Shown piece by piece: positions 1 through 12,333 of a stretch of DNA of 64,000 nt (within the stretch, counting starts at the first letter, position 1; every line of letters starts with the position of its first letter). The stretch lies in assembly GCA_015075455.1 (NCBI GenBank), contig JABTUH010000016.1, forward strand, positions 64,001 through 128,000, given 5' to 3'. The position numbers and the translations under genes are program-made. This stretch comes from Kofleriaceae bacterium. GTDB lineage: Bacteria; Myxococcota_A; Polyangia; Haliangiales; Haliangiaceae. Below the pieces are notes generated by a model. It worked only from the letters and a program-made list of their open reading frames with translations, was not told the DNA's origin and did no database searches.

Positions 1-174
1 ACCCACGGCGTCGCGCCGATCGTGACCCTCGGGTGAGCGTCGCGGCCGCGTCGATCCCGGCGTCGAGCGGCGCGCTGCCGTCGGCGGGCGGCGGGCCGGC
101 GTCGCCGCCCGGGACCACCGCCACCACGGTCGGGCTCGCGGCGTCGACCGTCACGCCCGGCGGCGGCTCGCCGG

Positions 175-1785
175 TCAGCCCGTCATCCGCGGTCGCGGCA
201 TCGGCCGGCGCCACCGCCGCGGCGTCGAGCGCGATCGCCAGCAGCCCGGCGTCGACGGTCGGCGTGGCGGCCCGCTCGCGCGCCAGCCCGCCACGTCCAC
301 CACCACCAGCAGCGCCACGACGAGGAGCGGAGCCTGGGCCGAAGCGGCGGAGCGGCGCCGGCCCCTGCGGACGGCGTCGCTGGCGACGACGACGGTGACG
401 ACGACGCGGACCGCGACCCGGACGCCGCGGACCACGACGCGGACGGCGTGACGCCGGACCGCGACGCGGACGCCACGGACGCCACGGACGCCACGGATGC
501 GCCGACACCGACGCCGCCGCCGACACCGACGCCGAGCCGGCCCGCCGTCGGCGCCCCGCGGGCAACGCCACCTGCCCCGGCCGCGCTGGACGCGCTGCGC
601 GGGCCGCCGCCGAGGGCAGCGCGCTCGCGCCCGGCGCCGCCACCACCGACGTCCGCGGCTGGGCTGCTGCCGCCGCCTGCGCCGCGCCGCCAGCGTCGCC
701 CAGCCGCGCGCCGCCTCCTGCGCTGCCGCGTCCGGCCGCCACGATGGCGTCGAGCCTGGCGCGGTCAGCGCCATCGACTTCATCGTCGCCGGATCGAGCT
801 CGGCGTCGCTGCCGGCGCCGGCGCCCGCGCCCACGCCGGCGCCGCCGCCTCCGCCGACCGCGAGCGGCTCTGCCTCGACCTTGCCCGCGTCCTCGCCCCA
901 CACCTCGGCGAGCCAGTCGGCGAGCTGACGCGCCGGCGCCGGCCCCGGATCGGCGGCGCGCGCCTCGACCAGGTAGCGATCGAGGGCCTCCAGCAGGTGC
1001 CGCGCGTCGGCGAAGCGCTCCGCCGGATCGCGCCGGGTCGCCCGCTCGATGACCTCGACCAGCGCCGGCGGCGCCTCGGGCAGCGGCGGCAGGACGCCGG
1101 CCCGCGTCGCCTCGAGCAGCTCGCCCTTGCTGCGGAAGCGCCGCACCCGCTGGCCGGCGACCATCTCCCACAGCACCAGGCCGAGCGCGTACAGGTCGGC
1201 GCGGGCGTCGGTGGGCTCGTAGCGCGCCTGCTCGGGCGCCATGTAGGCGACCGTCCCGCGCACGTCGCCGCCGGGATCGCCGGCCAGCGCGGCCACGCCG
1301 AAGTCGGTGAGCTTGACCTCCCCCGACCACGACAGGAGCACGTTGCGCGGCGTCACGTCGCGGTGGACCACCCCCAGCGGCGTGCCGTCGGGCGCGCAGC
1401 GGCGGTGGGCGTGATCGAGGGCCTGGCAGCACTCGGCGGCGACGAACGCGGCCAGGAGCGGCGACAGCGGCGCGCTGGCGCGGCGCAGGGTCTCGCCCAG
1501 GTCGCGACCCTCGACGTGCTCCATCGCCAGGAACGCGGCGTCGCCGACCCGGCCGAAGTCGAACACCGGCACGATGTTCTGGTGGTTGAGCGTCATCGAC
1601 AGCCGCGCCTCGCGCACGAACAGCTCGAGGAACGTGGTGTCGCCGGCGCGCTCCGGCCGCACCCGCTTGATGACCAGCCGCTTCTCGAGGCCGGCCACCA
1701 CCCGCCGCGCCAGGTAGATGTCGGCCATGCCGCCGCGCCCGAGCAGTCGGAGCAGCTCGTAGCGTCCGAGCACGGTCGCGGACAT
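175..1785 (-). CDS. Hanks-type Ser/Thr protein kinase; the C-terminal ~250 aa is low-complexity and its frame is uncertain
   Basis: The N-terminal catalytic domain reads MSATVLGRYELLRLLGRGGMADIY (Gly loop), HRDVTPRNVLL (catalytic loop), DFG and APE-like motifs. An ATG lies at 1785 and a GTG at 1794. Downstream of the kinase domain the ORF turns Arg/Val-rich and includes RGV x3 from a 9-bp tandem repeat, then a hydrophobic LLVVALLVVV segment near the end. The C-terminus is not reliable. Confidence 0.7.
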   Translation of the reverse strand: MSATVLGRYELLRLLGRGGMADIYLARRVVAGLEKRLVIKRVRPERAGDTTFLELFVREARLSMTLNHQNIVPVFDFGRVGDAAFLAMEHVEGRDLGETLRRASAPLSPLLAAFVAAECCQALDHAHRRCAPDGTPLGVVHRDVTPRNVLLSWSGEVKLTDFGVAALAGDPGGDVRGTVAYMAPEQARYEPTDARADLYALGLVLWEMVAGQRVRRFRSKGELLEATRAGVLPPLPEAPPALVEVIERATRRDPAERFADARHLLEALDRYLVEARAADPGPAPARQLADWLAEVWGEDAGKVEAEPLAVGGGGGAGVGAGAGAGSDAELDPATMKSMALTAPGSTPSWRPDAAAQEAARGWATLAARRRRRQQPSRGRRWWRRRARARCPRRRPAQRVQRGRGRWRCPRGADGGPARRRCRRRRRCRRIRGVRGVRGVRVAVRRHAVRVVVRGVRVAVRVVVTVVVASDAVRRGRRRSAASAQAPLLVVALLVVVDVAGWRASGPPRRPSTPGCWRSRSTPRRWRRPMPRPRMTG

Positions 1786-1832
1786 CCCCCGCACTATAGC
1801 GCGCCCGGTTGACCGCCTCGCGGGCCCGGCCG

Positions 1833-2903
1833 ATGATGAGGCGAGTGCGCGCCCTCGTCCTGGCCGCGGCCGGCCTCGTCGTCGCCGCCGTCGCCCCGCC
1901 CGGGGTGGCGCGGGCCGCGCCGGCCGCCGACCTCATCCTGTACTGGGCGCCGCCCGACGCGCCGGCGGTCGTGCGCACCCGCACCCGCGACGCCGCCGAG
2001 GCCAGCGGCGCCGCCTTCGTCGATCGCTCGCCGCCGCCGCCGCGCCCGGCCGACCCCACGCGCATCGCCGCCGCGATCACCGCCTACGACCAGCTCCGCT
2101 TCGACGAGGCGGTCGAGCTGCTCGATCAGGTCGCCGCCGAGCTCGACCGCACCGGCGCCGCCGGCCTCGACGTCGCCCGCCTCGCCGAGCTCTTCCTCTA
2201 CCGCGGCCTGGCCCGCATCCAGCTCGGCCAGCCCGAACGGGCGTGGGACGATCTCCTGGTCGCCGCCCGCATCGATCCGACCCGCGTGCTCGACCCGGTG
2301 CGCTTCCCGCCCCGCGCCATCGAGCAGCTCGAGCGCGCCCGCGCCGAGGTCGCCGCCGCCCCCCGCGGCGTCCTCCGCGTCACCGGCCCCGCCGGCTGCG
2401 TGATCTCGATCGACGGCGCCATCAGCGGCGACGGCCGCGCCGAGCTGCCGCACGGCGCCCACTGGATCGACGCCGCCTGCCCCGAGCACGCGCCGTGGGG
2501 CCGCCGCGTCGTCGTCGATCGCACCGCGGTCGAGGTCGTGGTCGGGCCCACGCCGCTCGTCCAGCACGACGACGACGCGGCGCTGGTCCAGGCCCGCGCC
2601 CTGGGCGCCGCCAGCGTGGTCGAGGTCGTCGTCCTCGGCGGCGCCGCCCGCGTCCGCCACCGCCGCGCCGACGGCCGCGAGCTGGCGCGAGCGCTGGTCA
2701 CCGTCGACGGCGAGGTGGTGGCCGCCACCGTCGACCGCCTGCTGCGCCCGCCGCCGATCCGGCGCGCCCCGTGGTACCGCTCGCGCTGGGCGTGGGCCGC
2801 CGGCGGCGCCGCGGTGGCGGCGGCGGTGCTGGTGCCGATCGCGCTGCGCGACACCGGGCCCGGCGATCGCGTCATCCGCCCCACGGGGTGGCCGCGGTGG
2901 TGA
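1833..2903 (+). CDS. hypothetical secreted protein with an N-terminal signal peptide, a TPR-like helical segment and a C-terminal TM helix
   Basis: Starts MMRRVRALVLAAAGLVVAAVAPPGVARA (signal-like). The ORF runs to a TGA at 2901-2903. It is divergent from the kinase, with only ~47 bp between the two starts. Composition is balanced, unlike the antisense frames. Confidence 0.55.
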   Translation: MMRRVRALVLAAAGLVVAAVAPPGVARAAPAADLILYWAPPDAPAVVRTRTRDAAEASGAAFVDRSPPPPRPADPTRIAAAITAYDQLRFDEAVELLDQVAAELDRTGAAGLDVARLAELFLYRGLARIQLGQPERAWDDLLVAARIDPTRVLDPVRFPPRAIEQLERARAEVAAAPRGVLRVTGPAGCVISIDGAISGDGRAELPHGAHWIDAACPEHAPWGRRVVVDRTAVEVVVGPTPLVQHDDDAALVQARALGAASVVEVVVLGGAARVRHRRADGRELARALVTVDGEVVAATVDRLLRPPPIRRAPWYRSRWAWAAGGAAVAAAVLVPIALRDTGPGDRVIRPTGWPRW

Positions 2904-4362
2904 GGGCGACGCCTCCCCCGGCCCGGCGCCGCGCCGGCGCGGTCGCGGGCCTCGCCGTGGCCGCCGGCGGCGGCCTCGCCCTCGCCGCGTGCGGCCCCGA
3001 CGACGTGGTCGTGGCGCCGGTCATCGACGGCCCGGCCGCGGGCAGCGACGCCGCGGCCTTCCCCGACCTCGACGAGCTGGTGATCACCCTCGCCCGCGCC
3101 GGCTCGACCGCCGATCGGCTGTCGGCCACCTTCACCCGCGGCCAGACCGTCGAGCTGCGCGGCGCGCCCGAGGGCGACGAGCTGGTCGTCCACCTCACCG
3201 GCCGCCTCGGCGGCCAGGAGGTGGCCTACGGCCGCACCTGCGCCTTCGCCCTGCGCGCCGGCGAGCCGCCGCCGGCGCCGCACCTGTGGTTCGCGCGCAC
3301 GGTCAAGTGGGGCGAGCTCGACGCCTCGCCGGCGCCGGTCCGCCGCGACGGCCGCGCCGTCGCCTACCGCGACGGCAGCGCCCTGTTCGTCGGCGGCCAC
3401 GACGCCGCCGGCGAGCCGGTGACCGCGGTCGAGCGCTTCGATCCGCGCGCCGGCGCGCTCACCACCGTCGCCGACCTGGCGCCGCGGCGGGCGCCGGTGG
3501 TGGCGAGCCTCGGCGACGGCCGCCTGCTCGTGGCCGGCGGGATCGACGGCGCCAGCGACACCGCGTCCGATCGCCTGGAGGTGCTGGAGCTCGACGTCAC
3601 CGGCGCCGGCCGCGTCGACACCTTCGTCGACCAGCGTCTGGCCCGCGCCGGCGCCACCGCCGTCACCCTGACCGACGGCCGGGTCGTGATCTTCGGCGGC
3701 GGCGCCGTCACCGGGCCGCCGCTGGCGGCGCCGGTCGAGATCGCCGCCGACGGCGCGACCGTCGCCGTGCGCGACCTGCGCGCGGCCATGGCCGTCCCCC
3801 GCCGCGGCGCGACCGCCACCCGGCTCTCCGACGACCTCGGCGCCCCGGTCCTCGTCTCCGGCGGCGTCGACCTCGACGGCCAGCCCGTGGCCCTGGCCGA
3901 GCTGTGGCGGCCGCTGCGCGAGGACTTCGCCGACCCGCAGGCGTTCGCGCCGGCGATGCGCGTGCCGCGCCACCGCCACGCCGCGCCCCGCATGCCCGAC
4001 GGCAGCGTGCTGGTGATCGGCGGCCTCGACGCCGCCGGCCAGCCGGTGCGCGCCCTCGAGCTGTTCACCCTCGACGGCGGCTTCGTCGACGCTGGCCTGC
4101 TGCCGCCCGGAGCCGGCGTCGTCGACGCCACGGTCACCGCCCTGCCCGACGGCCGCATCCTGGTCGCCGGCGGACGCGAGACCGCGGACGGCGAGCCGGT
4201 GCAGGGCGGCTTCATCGTCAACCTCGACCCCCTCGACGGCTCGGTCGACGCCATCAGCACCGACCGCCTCGAGCGCGTCCGCGCCGGCCACGCCGCCACC
4301 GCCCTGTGCGACGGCACGATCGTCGTGCTCGGCGGCACCGAGCTGGCCAGCCCGGTCGAGCG

Positions 4363-6245
<1,883 letters not shown>

Positions 6246-6385
6246 CGACGCCAGACGCCGCGAGCCGGGAGTGTGGCCGCCCTGGCCGGGTGTACGAGCG
6301 CTGCACAGCCCTGGGGGCAGGGTCCCTCGCCGGCACGACCGAACCCCGCGACGCGACAGGGCGGGCCGGTGGTACCGTGGTTGCA

Positions 6386-7075
6386 GTGCTCCGCGTCGTG
6401 ACCGTCCGGTTCGGGATCGCCGCCCTCGCCTTCGCCGCCCTCGCCGGCTGCCCGGTGGGCCACGGCGACGACGACGTCACCGAGGACGCCGGCGCCGACG
6501 GCGACGCCGACACCGGGGCCGGGGTGCGGGTGACCTGGGCGGTCCGGCCGGAGGTGCCCGGGCCGGCCTCGGCCGCCGTGACCGTGAGCGAGCTGCGCCT
6601 GCAGTGCAGCTCGCTGCGCCTCATCGGCGACGTCGCGCCGCCGGGCGACCCGCGCACCACGCGCGGCGCGATCGACCTGCGCTGGCGCCGCGACCAGGCG
6701 CCGATCCCGGTGGCGATGGCGAGCGCGCCGCCCGGGCTCTACTCGCGCCTCGAGCTGGGCGTCGGCGGCGCCGACGAGCACCTGACGATCAAGGGCGAGG
6801 CCACGGTCGGCGGCGTCACCCGGCCGTTCGAGATCGAGGACGAGCGGCGGCACGGCGTGACCCTGGCCCTGGCGCTGACGCTGGCGCCCGGACGGAGCGC
6901 GACGATCCCGGTCACGATCGACGTCGGCGTCGTCCTCGCCGCGGTGCCCTTCGCCGACCTCGACGTCGACGACGGCACCCTGGTCTTCGACGACGACGAC
7001 CCCCGCCTCGACGCGGTGTGGGCGGCGCTGGACCTCGCGATCACCGTGCCGCCGGTCGCCGGCGCCGCGCCCTGA
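6386..7075 (+). CDS. hypothetical lipoprotein
   Basis: GTG starts at 6386 or 6398. The signal with lipobox is VRFGIAALAFAALAGC. The product is acidic and balanced in composition. It is divergent from the sigma54 activator. Confidence 0.5.
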   Translation: MLRVVTVRFGIAALAFAALAGCPVGHGDDDVTEDAGADGDADTGAGVRVTWAVRPEVPGPASAAVTVSELRLQCSSLRLIGDVAPPGDPRTTRGAIDLRWRRDQAPIPVAMASAPPGLYSRLELGVGGADEHLTIKGEATVGGVTRPFEIEDERRHGVTLALALTLAPGRSATIPVTIDVGVVLAAVPFADLDVDDGTLVFDDDDPRLDAVWAALDLAITVPPVAGAAP

Positions 7076-7081
7076 TCCGGC

Positions 7082-8815
7082 CTACGCCGCGCCCACCGGC
7101 CCGGCCTGGGGCCCGCGCACCAGCTTGCCGGGGAGCGCGCCGGTCGGCTCGCCGCCCTCGACGATGGCCACGCCCCGGCACAGGGTCAGGTCGTAGCCGC
7201 GCGCCCGCTGCACCAGGCGCCGCCCGCCCGCCGGCAGGTCGTAGGCGACCTCGGGATCGGCGAAGGCGAGGTGGTCGTAGTCGATGACGTTGACGTCGGC
7301 GCGGTAGCCGGGCGCGAGCACGCCGCGGTCGCGCAGGCCGTAGAACCAGGCCGTGTCGCGGGTCTGGCGCTGGACCACCAGCGGCAGCGGCAGGCGGTCG
7401 CCGCGGCGGCGATCGCGGGTCCAGTGGGTGAGCATGAACGTCGGCATGCCGCCATCGCAGATCGCGCCGCAGTGGGCGCCGGCGTCGGACAGGCCCATCT
7501 TGATCCGCGGGTGCAGGTGCAGCTCGCGGGTCATCGACAGGTCGCCGTAGGCGTAGTTGAACAGCGGGAAGTACATGAGCGCCTTGCCGTCGCGCGCGCA
7601 CAGCGCGTCGTAGGCGACCTCGAGCGGCGGTTTGCCCAGGCGCTTCGCCCGCGCCGCCACGCTGTCGTCGGCGGTCGGCTCGTAGTCGATGGCGTCGCCC
7701 TGGGGGTACATCTTGGAGAACGCGCGCATGATGAAGTTGCCGAACGGCCCGGCGTCGCCGGGGGCCTCGGCCAGGATGCGGGCCCGGACCTCGGGGCGGC
7801 GCAGCGCGGCCAGGAGCTCGGCGCGCGGGCCGCGCGCCAGCTCGACGAACGTGGGGTGGGTGGCGAACGGGTGCGCGGTCAGCTCCCAGCCCATCAGCAC
7901 GCCGATCGAGCGGCCGGCGGCCTGGGCCCAGACGTCGAGGCCGTCCGCGGCGCAGGCGTCGAGCTGGCGCAGGCACTCGCGCCACAGCTCGGGCGCCCAG
8001 TCGGTCTGGTTGAGGTTGAAGACGACGCGCACGCCGAGGGCGGCCAGCTCGCGCATGTAGCCGAAGGCCTTGGGGGCGTCGGTGTGCTCGATGACGTTCT
8101 GGAAGACGCCGTGGCCGGCGCGGCGCATGGCGCGGCCGATCTCCATGAGCTCGGCGACCGCGGCGTGGGTGCCCGGCACCAGCTCGCCGTCGATGGTCTT
8201 GTGCAGCGACGTGCGCGAGGTCGAGAAGCCGAGGGCGCCGGCGCGCAGGCCGTCCTCGACGATGCGGGCCATGGCCGCGACCTCCTCGGGCGAGGCGTCG
8301 ACCTCGTTGCCGCGCTCGCCCATGACGTAGGCGCGCACCGGGCAGTGCGGGACCTGGGTGCCGACGTCGAGGACGCGGGGCTGGGCGTCGAGCACGTCGA
8401 GGAACTCGGGGAAGCTCTCCCAGCCCCAGCGGATGCCCTCGTGCATCGCCGAGCCGGGGATGTCCTCGACGCCCTCCATGAGGCCGATCAGGTAGTCGTG
8501 CTTGTCGGGGGCGGCCGGGGCGAAGCCGACCCCGCAGTTGCCCATGATGACGGTGGTGCAGCCGTGCCACCCCGACGGCGTCAGGTACGGATCCCACGAC
8601 GCCTGGGCGTCGTAGTGGGTGTGCATGTCGACGAAGCCCGGGGTCACGATCTTGCCGCGGGCGTCGACCTCGCGGCGGCCGGGGCCGATCGCGTCGGCGC
8701 CGCCGGGCGCCGCCACCGCGACGATGCGCTCACCGTCGATCGCCACGTCGGCCTCGCGGCCAGGGGCGCCGGTGCCGTCGAAGACCAGGCCATTGCGGAT
8801 GACGACGTCGTGCAT
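7082..8815 (-). CDS. N-acyl-D-amino-acid deacylase (D-aminoacylase) family amidohydrolase
   Basis: ATG at 8815 gives MHDVVIRNGLVFDGTG, followed by GFVDMHTHYD (metal-binding HxH). Similarity to the D-aminoacylase family extends over ~575 aa. Confidence 0.8.
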   Translation of the reverse strand: MHDVVIRNGLVFDGTGAPGREADVAIDGERIVAVAAPGGADAIGPGRREVDARGKIVTPGFVDMHTHYDAQASWDPYLTPSGWHGCTTVIMGNCGVGFAPAAPDKHDYLIGLMEGVEDIPGSAMHEGIRWGWESFPEFLDVLDAQPRVLDVGTQVPHCPVRAYVMGERGNEVDASPEEVAAMARIVEDGLRAGALGFSTSRTSLHKTIDGELVPGTHAAVAELMEIGRAMRRAGHGVFQNVIEHTDAPKAFGYMRELAALGVRVVFNLNQTDWAPELWRECLRQLDACAADGLDVWAQAAGRSIGVLMGWELTAHPFATHPTFVELARGPRAELLAALRRPEVRARILAEAPGDAGPFGNFIMRAFSKMYPQGDAIDYEPTADDSVAARAKRLGKPPLEVAYDALCARDGKALMYFPLFNYAYGDLSMTRELHLHPRIKMGLSDAGAHCGAICDGGMPTFMLTHWTRDRRRGDRLPLPLVVQRQTRDTAWFYGLRDRGVLAPGYRADVNVIDYDHLAFADPEVAYDLPAGGRRLVQRARGYDLTLCRGVAIVEGGEPTGALPGKLVRGPQAGPVGAA

Positions 8816-8934
8816 CCGCCCATGGTGCGCGAGCCGGCCGCCCCCGTGCAAGCCCGCCGTGCCCCGCCGGGGTCCGCCGCCGCCGTCGTCCCCGCCCCGC
8901 GCGCGCGGCGCGACGGCGGTGGTAGGGTCGCGCG

Positions 8935-10100
8935 GTGGCACGACGTCACGCCCACCGCGCCGGCGACTGGTCGTCGGTGGCGGTGCGCCTCGACGAGATC
9001 ATCAGCGCCCACGGCGGCGCCGATCCGTTCGAGGAGGCGCTCACGCTCCTGGTCGCGCGGCTCGCCCACGAGGCCAGCGGCGGACCGCCGGCCGGGTTCG
9101 TCGGCGGCGCCGCCGGCGCGCCGGCGCGGGTGAACGAGCTGGTCGCGGCGGCGGCGGCGCGGTGGCCGGGCGTCGTCGAGCCCGGCCGCACCACCGGCCT
9201 CGGCGGCGCGGCGCTGGCGCGGTGCGCCGCCGTGCTCGACGGCGTGGCGCTGCTCGGCGACGAGCTGGTCGGCCTCGACGCCGTCTTCGAGCACCTGGTG
9301 GCCCACGTCGCCAAGGGCCAGAAGGGGCAGTTCTTCACGCCCCGCCACGTCATCGCCGAGGTGGTCGCGATGCTGGCGCCGCGGCCGGGCGAGCACGTCG
9401 TCGATCCGGCCTGCGGCTCGGGCGGCTTCCTGTGGCACGCCCTGGCGGCCGCGCCCGGCTGCGTGGCGTGGGGGTTCGACGTCGATCCGCGCGCGGTGCG
9501 GGTGGCGCGAGTCATGCTCGCCGCCCACGGCGCGCCGGTCGGGCGGGTGGCCTGCGTCGACAGCCTGCGCCGGCCGGCGCTCGAGGACCACGCCCGCGGC
9601 CATGGCGCGCCCCGCGGCTTCGACGTCGTCCTGACCAACCCGCCGTTCGCCGGCGACGTCGGCCGCGCCTTCGACGGCGCCTACGAGCTGGCGCGCGGGC
9701 GGGTCGAGCGCGACGTGCTGTTCGTCGAGCGCGTGGTCGAGCTACTGCGCCCGGGCGGGCGCTACGCCATCGTCCTGCCCCACAACAAGGTCGGCGGCGC
9801 GACCTGGAGCCACGTCCGGCGCTGGCTCCTGGCGCGGACCGAGGTGGTGGCGGTGCTCGGGCTCGGCCGCCCCACCTTCCTGCCCCACACCAGCCAGAAG
9901 GCGTGCGTCGTGATCGGCCGGCGGCGCGCCCGCGCCCTGGCGGCGCCGCCCGCTGGCGAGCGGGTGCTGTTCTTCGTCAGCGAGCGCGCCAGCGGGACGC
10001 CCGCGGCATGGCTGGTGCGACGCGAGCGCGCGATCGATCACGACCTGGCGCGGCTGGCCTGGCGGTGCGGGCCTGCTCGCGCGCGGCGGCGCGGGCGGCG
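8935..10100 (+). CDS. N6-adenine DNA methyltransferase, gamma-class (HsdM/TaqI-like); the 3' end is uncertain
   Basis: Motif X/I reads GQFFTPRHVIAEVVAMLAPRPGEHVVDPACGSGGFL and motif IV reads VLTNPPF. Beyond ~10050 the frame degenerates into poly-Arg inside a GC-rich direct-repeat tract (10080-10200). Confidence 0.7.
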
Positions 10101-10439
10101 ACGGCGACGGCGGCGCGGGCGCGGCGACGGCGACGCGGGCGCGGGCGGCGACGGCGGCGCGGTGGCTGGGCGGCGCGCGCCTGCGGCCCGCGCGATGACC
10201 GCGCCCGGGCGCCGCCGACCGCGTGATCACGCGGCGGGTCGGCGAGTCGGCCCCGCGCTGGTGCTGGCCCCGAGCGCTCGACCCGCGGCGCGCGGTGATC
10301 GTGGCCGGCGCCCGCCGCCTCGGCGAGCTGGTGGAGTGGTGAGCGACACCGTCGACGCCCGCGCCTGCCGGCGGACGCGCCGGTGCTGGTGCTCGACACC
10401 GGCACGCCTGGGAGGCTGGTGCAGGCTCCGCCACGCCCG

Positions 10440-11016
10440 GTGACGGGCGCGCGACCTGGGCAGCGCGGCGGCGCCTGGCGCGGGCGACGTCATCATCTCG
10501 CGCCCAGGCTGTACTGCGGCAGGTCGCGCTCGTCGACGACGACCTGTTCGCGCGGGCGCCGGGCGGCAACCTGGTGGTGGCCTCGACCGAGTTCTACGTG
10601 CTGCGGCGGCGAGGGGGCGGCAGCGGCGCGGGCGCCGACCGCACGACCGGCGGGACTGGCGGCAGCCGCGAGGCGAGCGGTGCCGGCGGTGCCGGCGCGG
10701 ATCGCGGTCGGCGCGCGCCGCCGCCCTCGACCCGGCGGGCCTGGTGCCGTACCTGCTGTCGGCGCCGGTGCAGGCCGCGCTCGCCGCCGGCCAGGAGGGC
10801 GGACACCACCCCCGCTTCGAGCGCGCCCAGCTCGAGGACCTGCCGGTGTCCGACGCCCTGGTGCGCCGCGCGGCGGCGATGGCGCGCGCGGTCCGCGACC
10901 AGGCCGCGAGCTTCGGCGCCGCCGTGGCCGGCGGCCGCGCGCTGATCGCCACCGTCGAGCGCGAGCTGGCGCCACCACCGCGGCGACGCCCCACGCCGCG
11001 CCGCTCGACCCGGTAA
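10440..11016 (+). pseudogene. HsdS-like target-recognition-domain remnant, split over at least two frames
   Basis: Frame 1 has GDVIISRPG (cf. the HsdS GDILISRIG motif). Frame 2 continues with VALVDDDLFARAPGGNLVVASTEFYVLRRR (cf. ...ISSNLFVIRP). Frame 1 from 10744 gives LLSAPVQAALAAGQEGGHHPRFERAQLEDLPVSDALVRRAAAMARAVRDQAASFGAAVAGGRALIATVEREL, which resembles the coiled-coil conserved region of S subunits. No single intact ORF spans this. Confidence 0.4.
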
Positions 11017-11139
11017 CGGCTCGTTACCCGCGCGGGGTGCCGTGGTCACGGACCGTTACCTGGACGCTGGCGCTCCGGCGCGAAGCCGGTGAGATCGCAC
11101 GCGGCGACGACGGGCACGCACGCTGCAAACGTTGCGCGC

Positions 11140-12333
11140 ATGCGCGCCCTCGCCACCCTCCCCCTCCTCGCCTCCTCCCTGGTCGCCGCCTGCGGCGACG
11201 CCCCCGTCGATCCCGCGCCGGACGCCGGCGCGCCGCTCCTCGCGCCGCCGCCGCCCGGCGCCGGCCGCCAGCTCGCCATGACCGTCGCCATCGCGCCCGG
11301 CCAGGAGATCGAGCAGTGCCAGTACGTGATCGTCGACGAGGCGATCGAGATCTCGCGGTTCGAGCACGCCTACACCACCGGCTCGCACCACCTCCTGCTC
11401 TACCAGACCGCGCTGGCGCCCGCCGCGGTCCCGCGCGAGCGCTTCGACTGCACCGGCGCGCCGCTCACCGAGCTGGGCGTGTCGGGGATCGCCTACGCCG
11501 CCCAGGTCCCCGCCGGCGAGCTCGCCTATCCGGCCGACGTCGCCCTGCGCGCGGCGGCGGGCTCGGTGCTCCTGGTCCAGACCCACTACCTCAACGCCGG
11601 GGTCGCCGCGCTCGACGCCGAGGTCCGCCTCAACCTGTGGTACGCGCCGGCGCCGGCGGCGATCGAGGCCGGCACGCTGTTCTTCTACGACTGGGCGATC
11701 GTGGTGCCGGCGGGCGGGACCGCGACCGCGCACATGCGCTGCCAGCTCCCGGGCGACGTCCAGCTCCTGTTCGGGATGTCCCACATGCACCGCCGCGGCG
11801 TCGGCTACCGCGCCGTGCTCGAGCCGGCCGACGGCGGCGCGCCGGTCGAGCTGTTCGCGACCACGGCGTGGGAGGGCGTCGAGCCCCTGCGCTACCAGCC
11901 GGCGCGGCCGGCCGGCGCGGGCGCGGTCATCGACTACCGCTGCGACTTCGCCGGCGAGCCCGGGCGCACGATCATCGAGGGCCCGTCGGCCGACGCCAAC
12001 GAGATGTGCATGTTCATCGCCTCCTACTACCCGCGCCTCGACCCGGCGACCGAGCTGTGCGCCGGGCCGGGCTCGGGCCCGGTCTTCACCGGCGCCCGGA
12101 CCTGCGCCGAGACCGTGAGCTGCGTACGCGCCGCGGGCGCCGACGAGGTCGCCGCCGAGACCTGCCTGGTCGACACCTGCGCCGGCTCGAGCCCGGCGGC
12201 GGTCGAGCTGATGAAGTGCATCAACTTCCAGTGCGGCGAGGCGTGCGCGGTCCCCGGCACCGCGGCCTGCGACCAGTGCGTGATCAGCACCTGCGGCGAG
12301 CCGTTCGGCGACTGTCAGGCCGCGAGCTGCTGA
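11140..12333 (+). CDS. lipoprotein of a copper-monooxygenase-like (PHM/DBH-like His-motif) family with a Cys-rich C-terminus
   Basis: ATG at 11140; lipobox LVAAC|G. His motifs HHLLLY, HYLNAG and HMHRRG are present, and the C-terminus carries ~14 Cys. It is paralogous to the 48527..49579 product (HHLNLF, HYVNAS, HFHSRG, YYPR). Confidence 0.6.
   Translation: MRALATLPLLASSLVAACGDAPVDPAPDAGAPLLAPPPPGAGRQLAMTVAIAPGQEIEQCQYVIVDEAIEISRFEHAYTTGSHHLLLYQTALAPAAVPRERFDCTGAPLTELGVSGIAYAAQVPAGELAYPADVALRAAAGSVLLVQTHYLNAGVAALDAEVRLNLWYAPAPAAIEAGTLFFYDWAIVVPAGGTATAHMRCQLPGDVQLLFGMSHMHRRGVGYRAVLEPADGGAPVELFATTAWEGVEPLRYQPARPAGAGAVIDYRCDFAGEPGRTIIEGPSADANEMCMFIASYYPRLDPATELCAGPGSGPVFTGARTCAETVSCVRAAGADEVAAETCLVDTCAGSSPAAVELMKCINFQCGEACAVPGTAACDQCVISTCGEPFGDCQAASC

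Noticed and set aside
33-398. Ala/Ser/Pro-rich 121-aa ORF at the window start (+)
   Set aside because: It is low-complexity, overlaps the C-terminal region of the kinase gene on the other strand, and has no start context. It cannot be supported.
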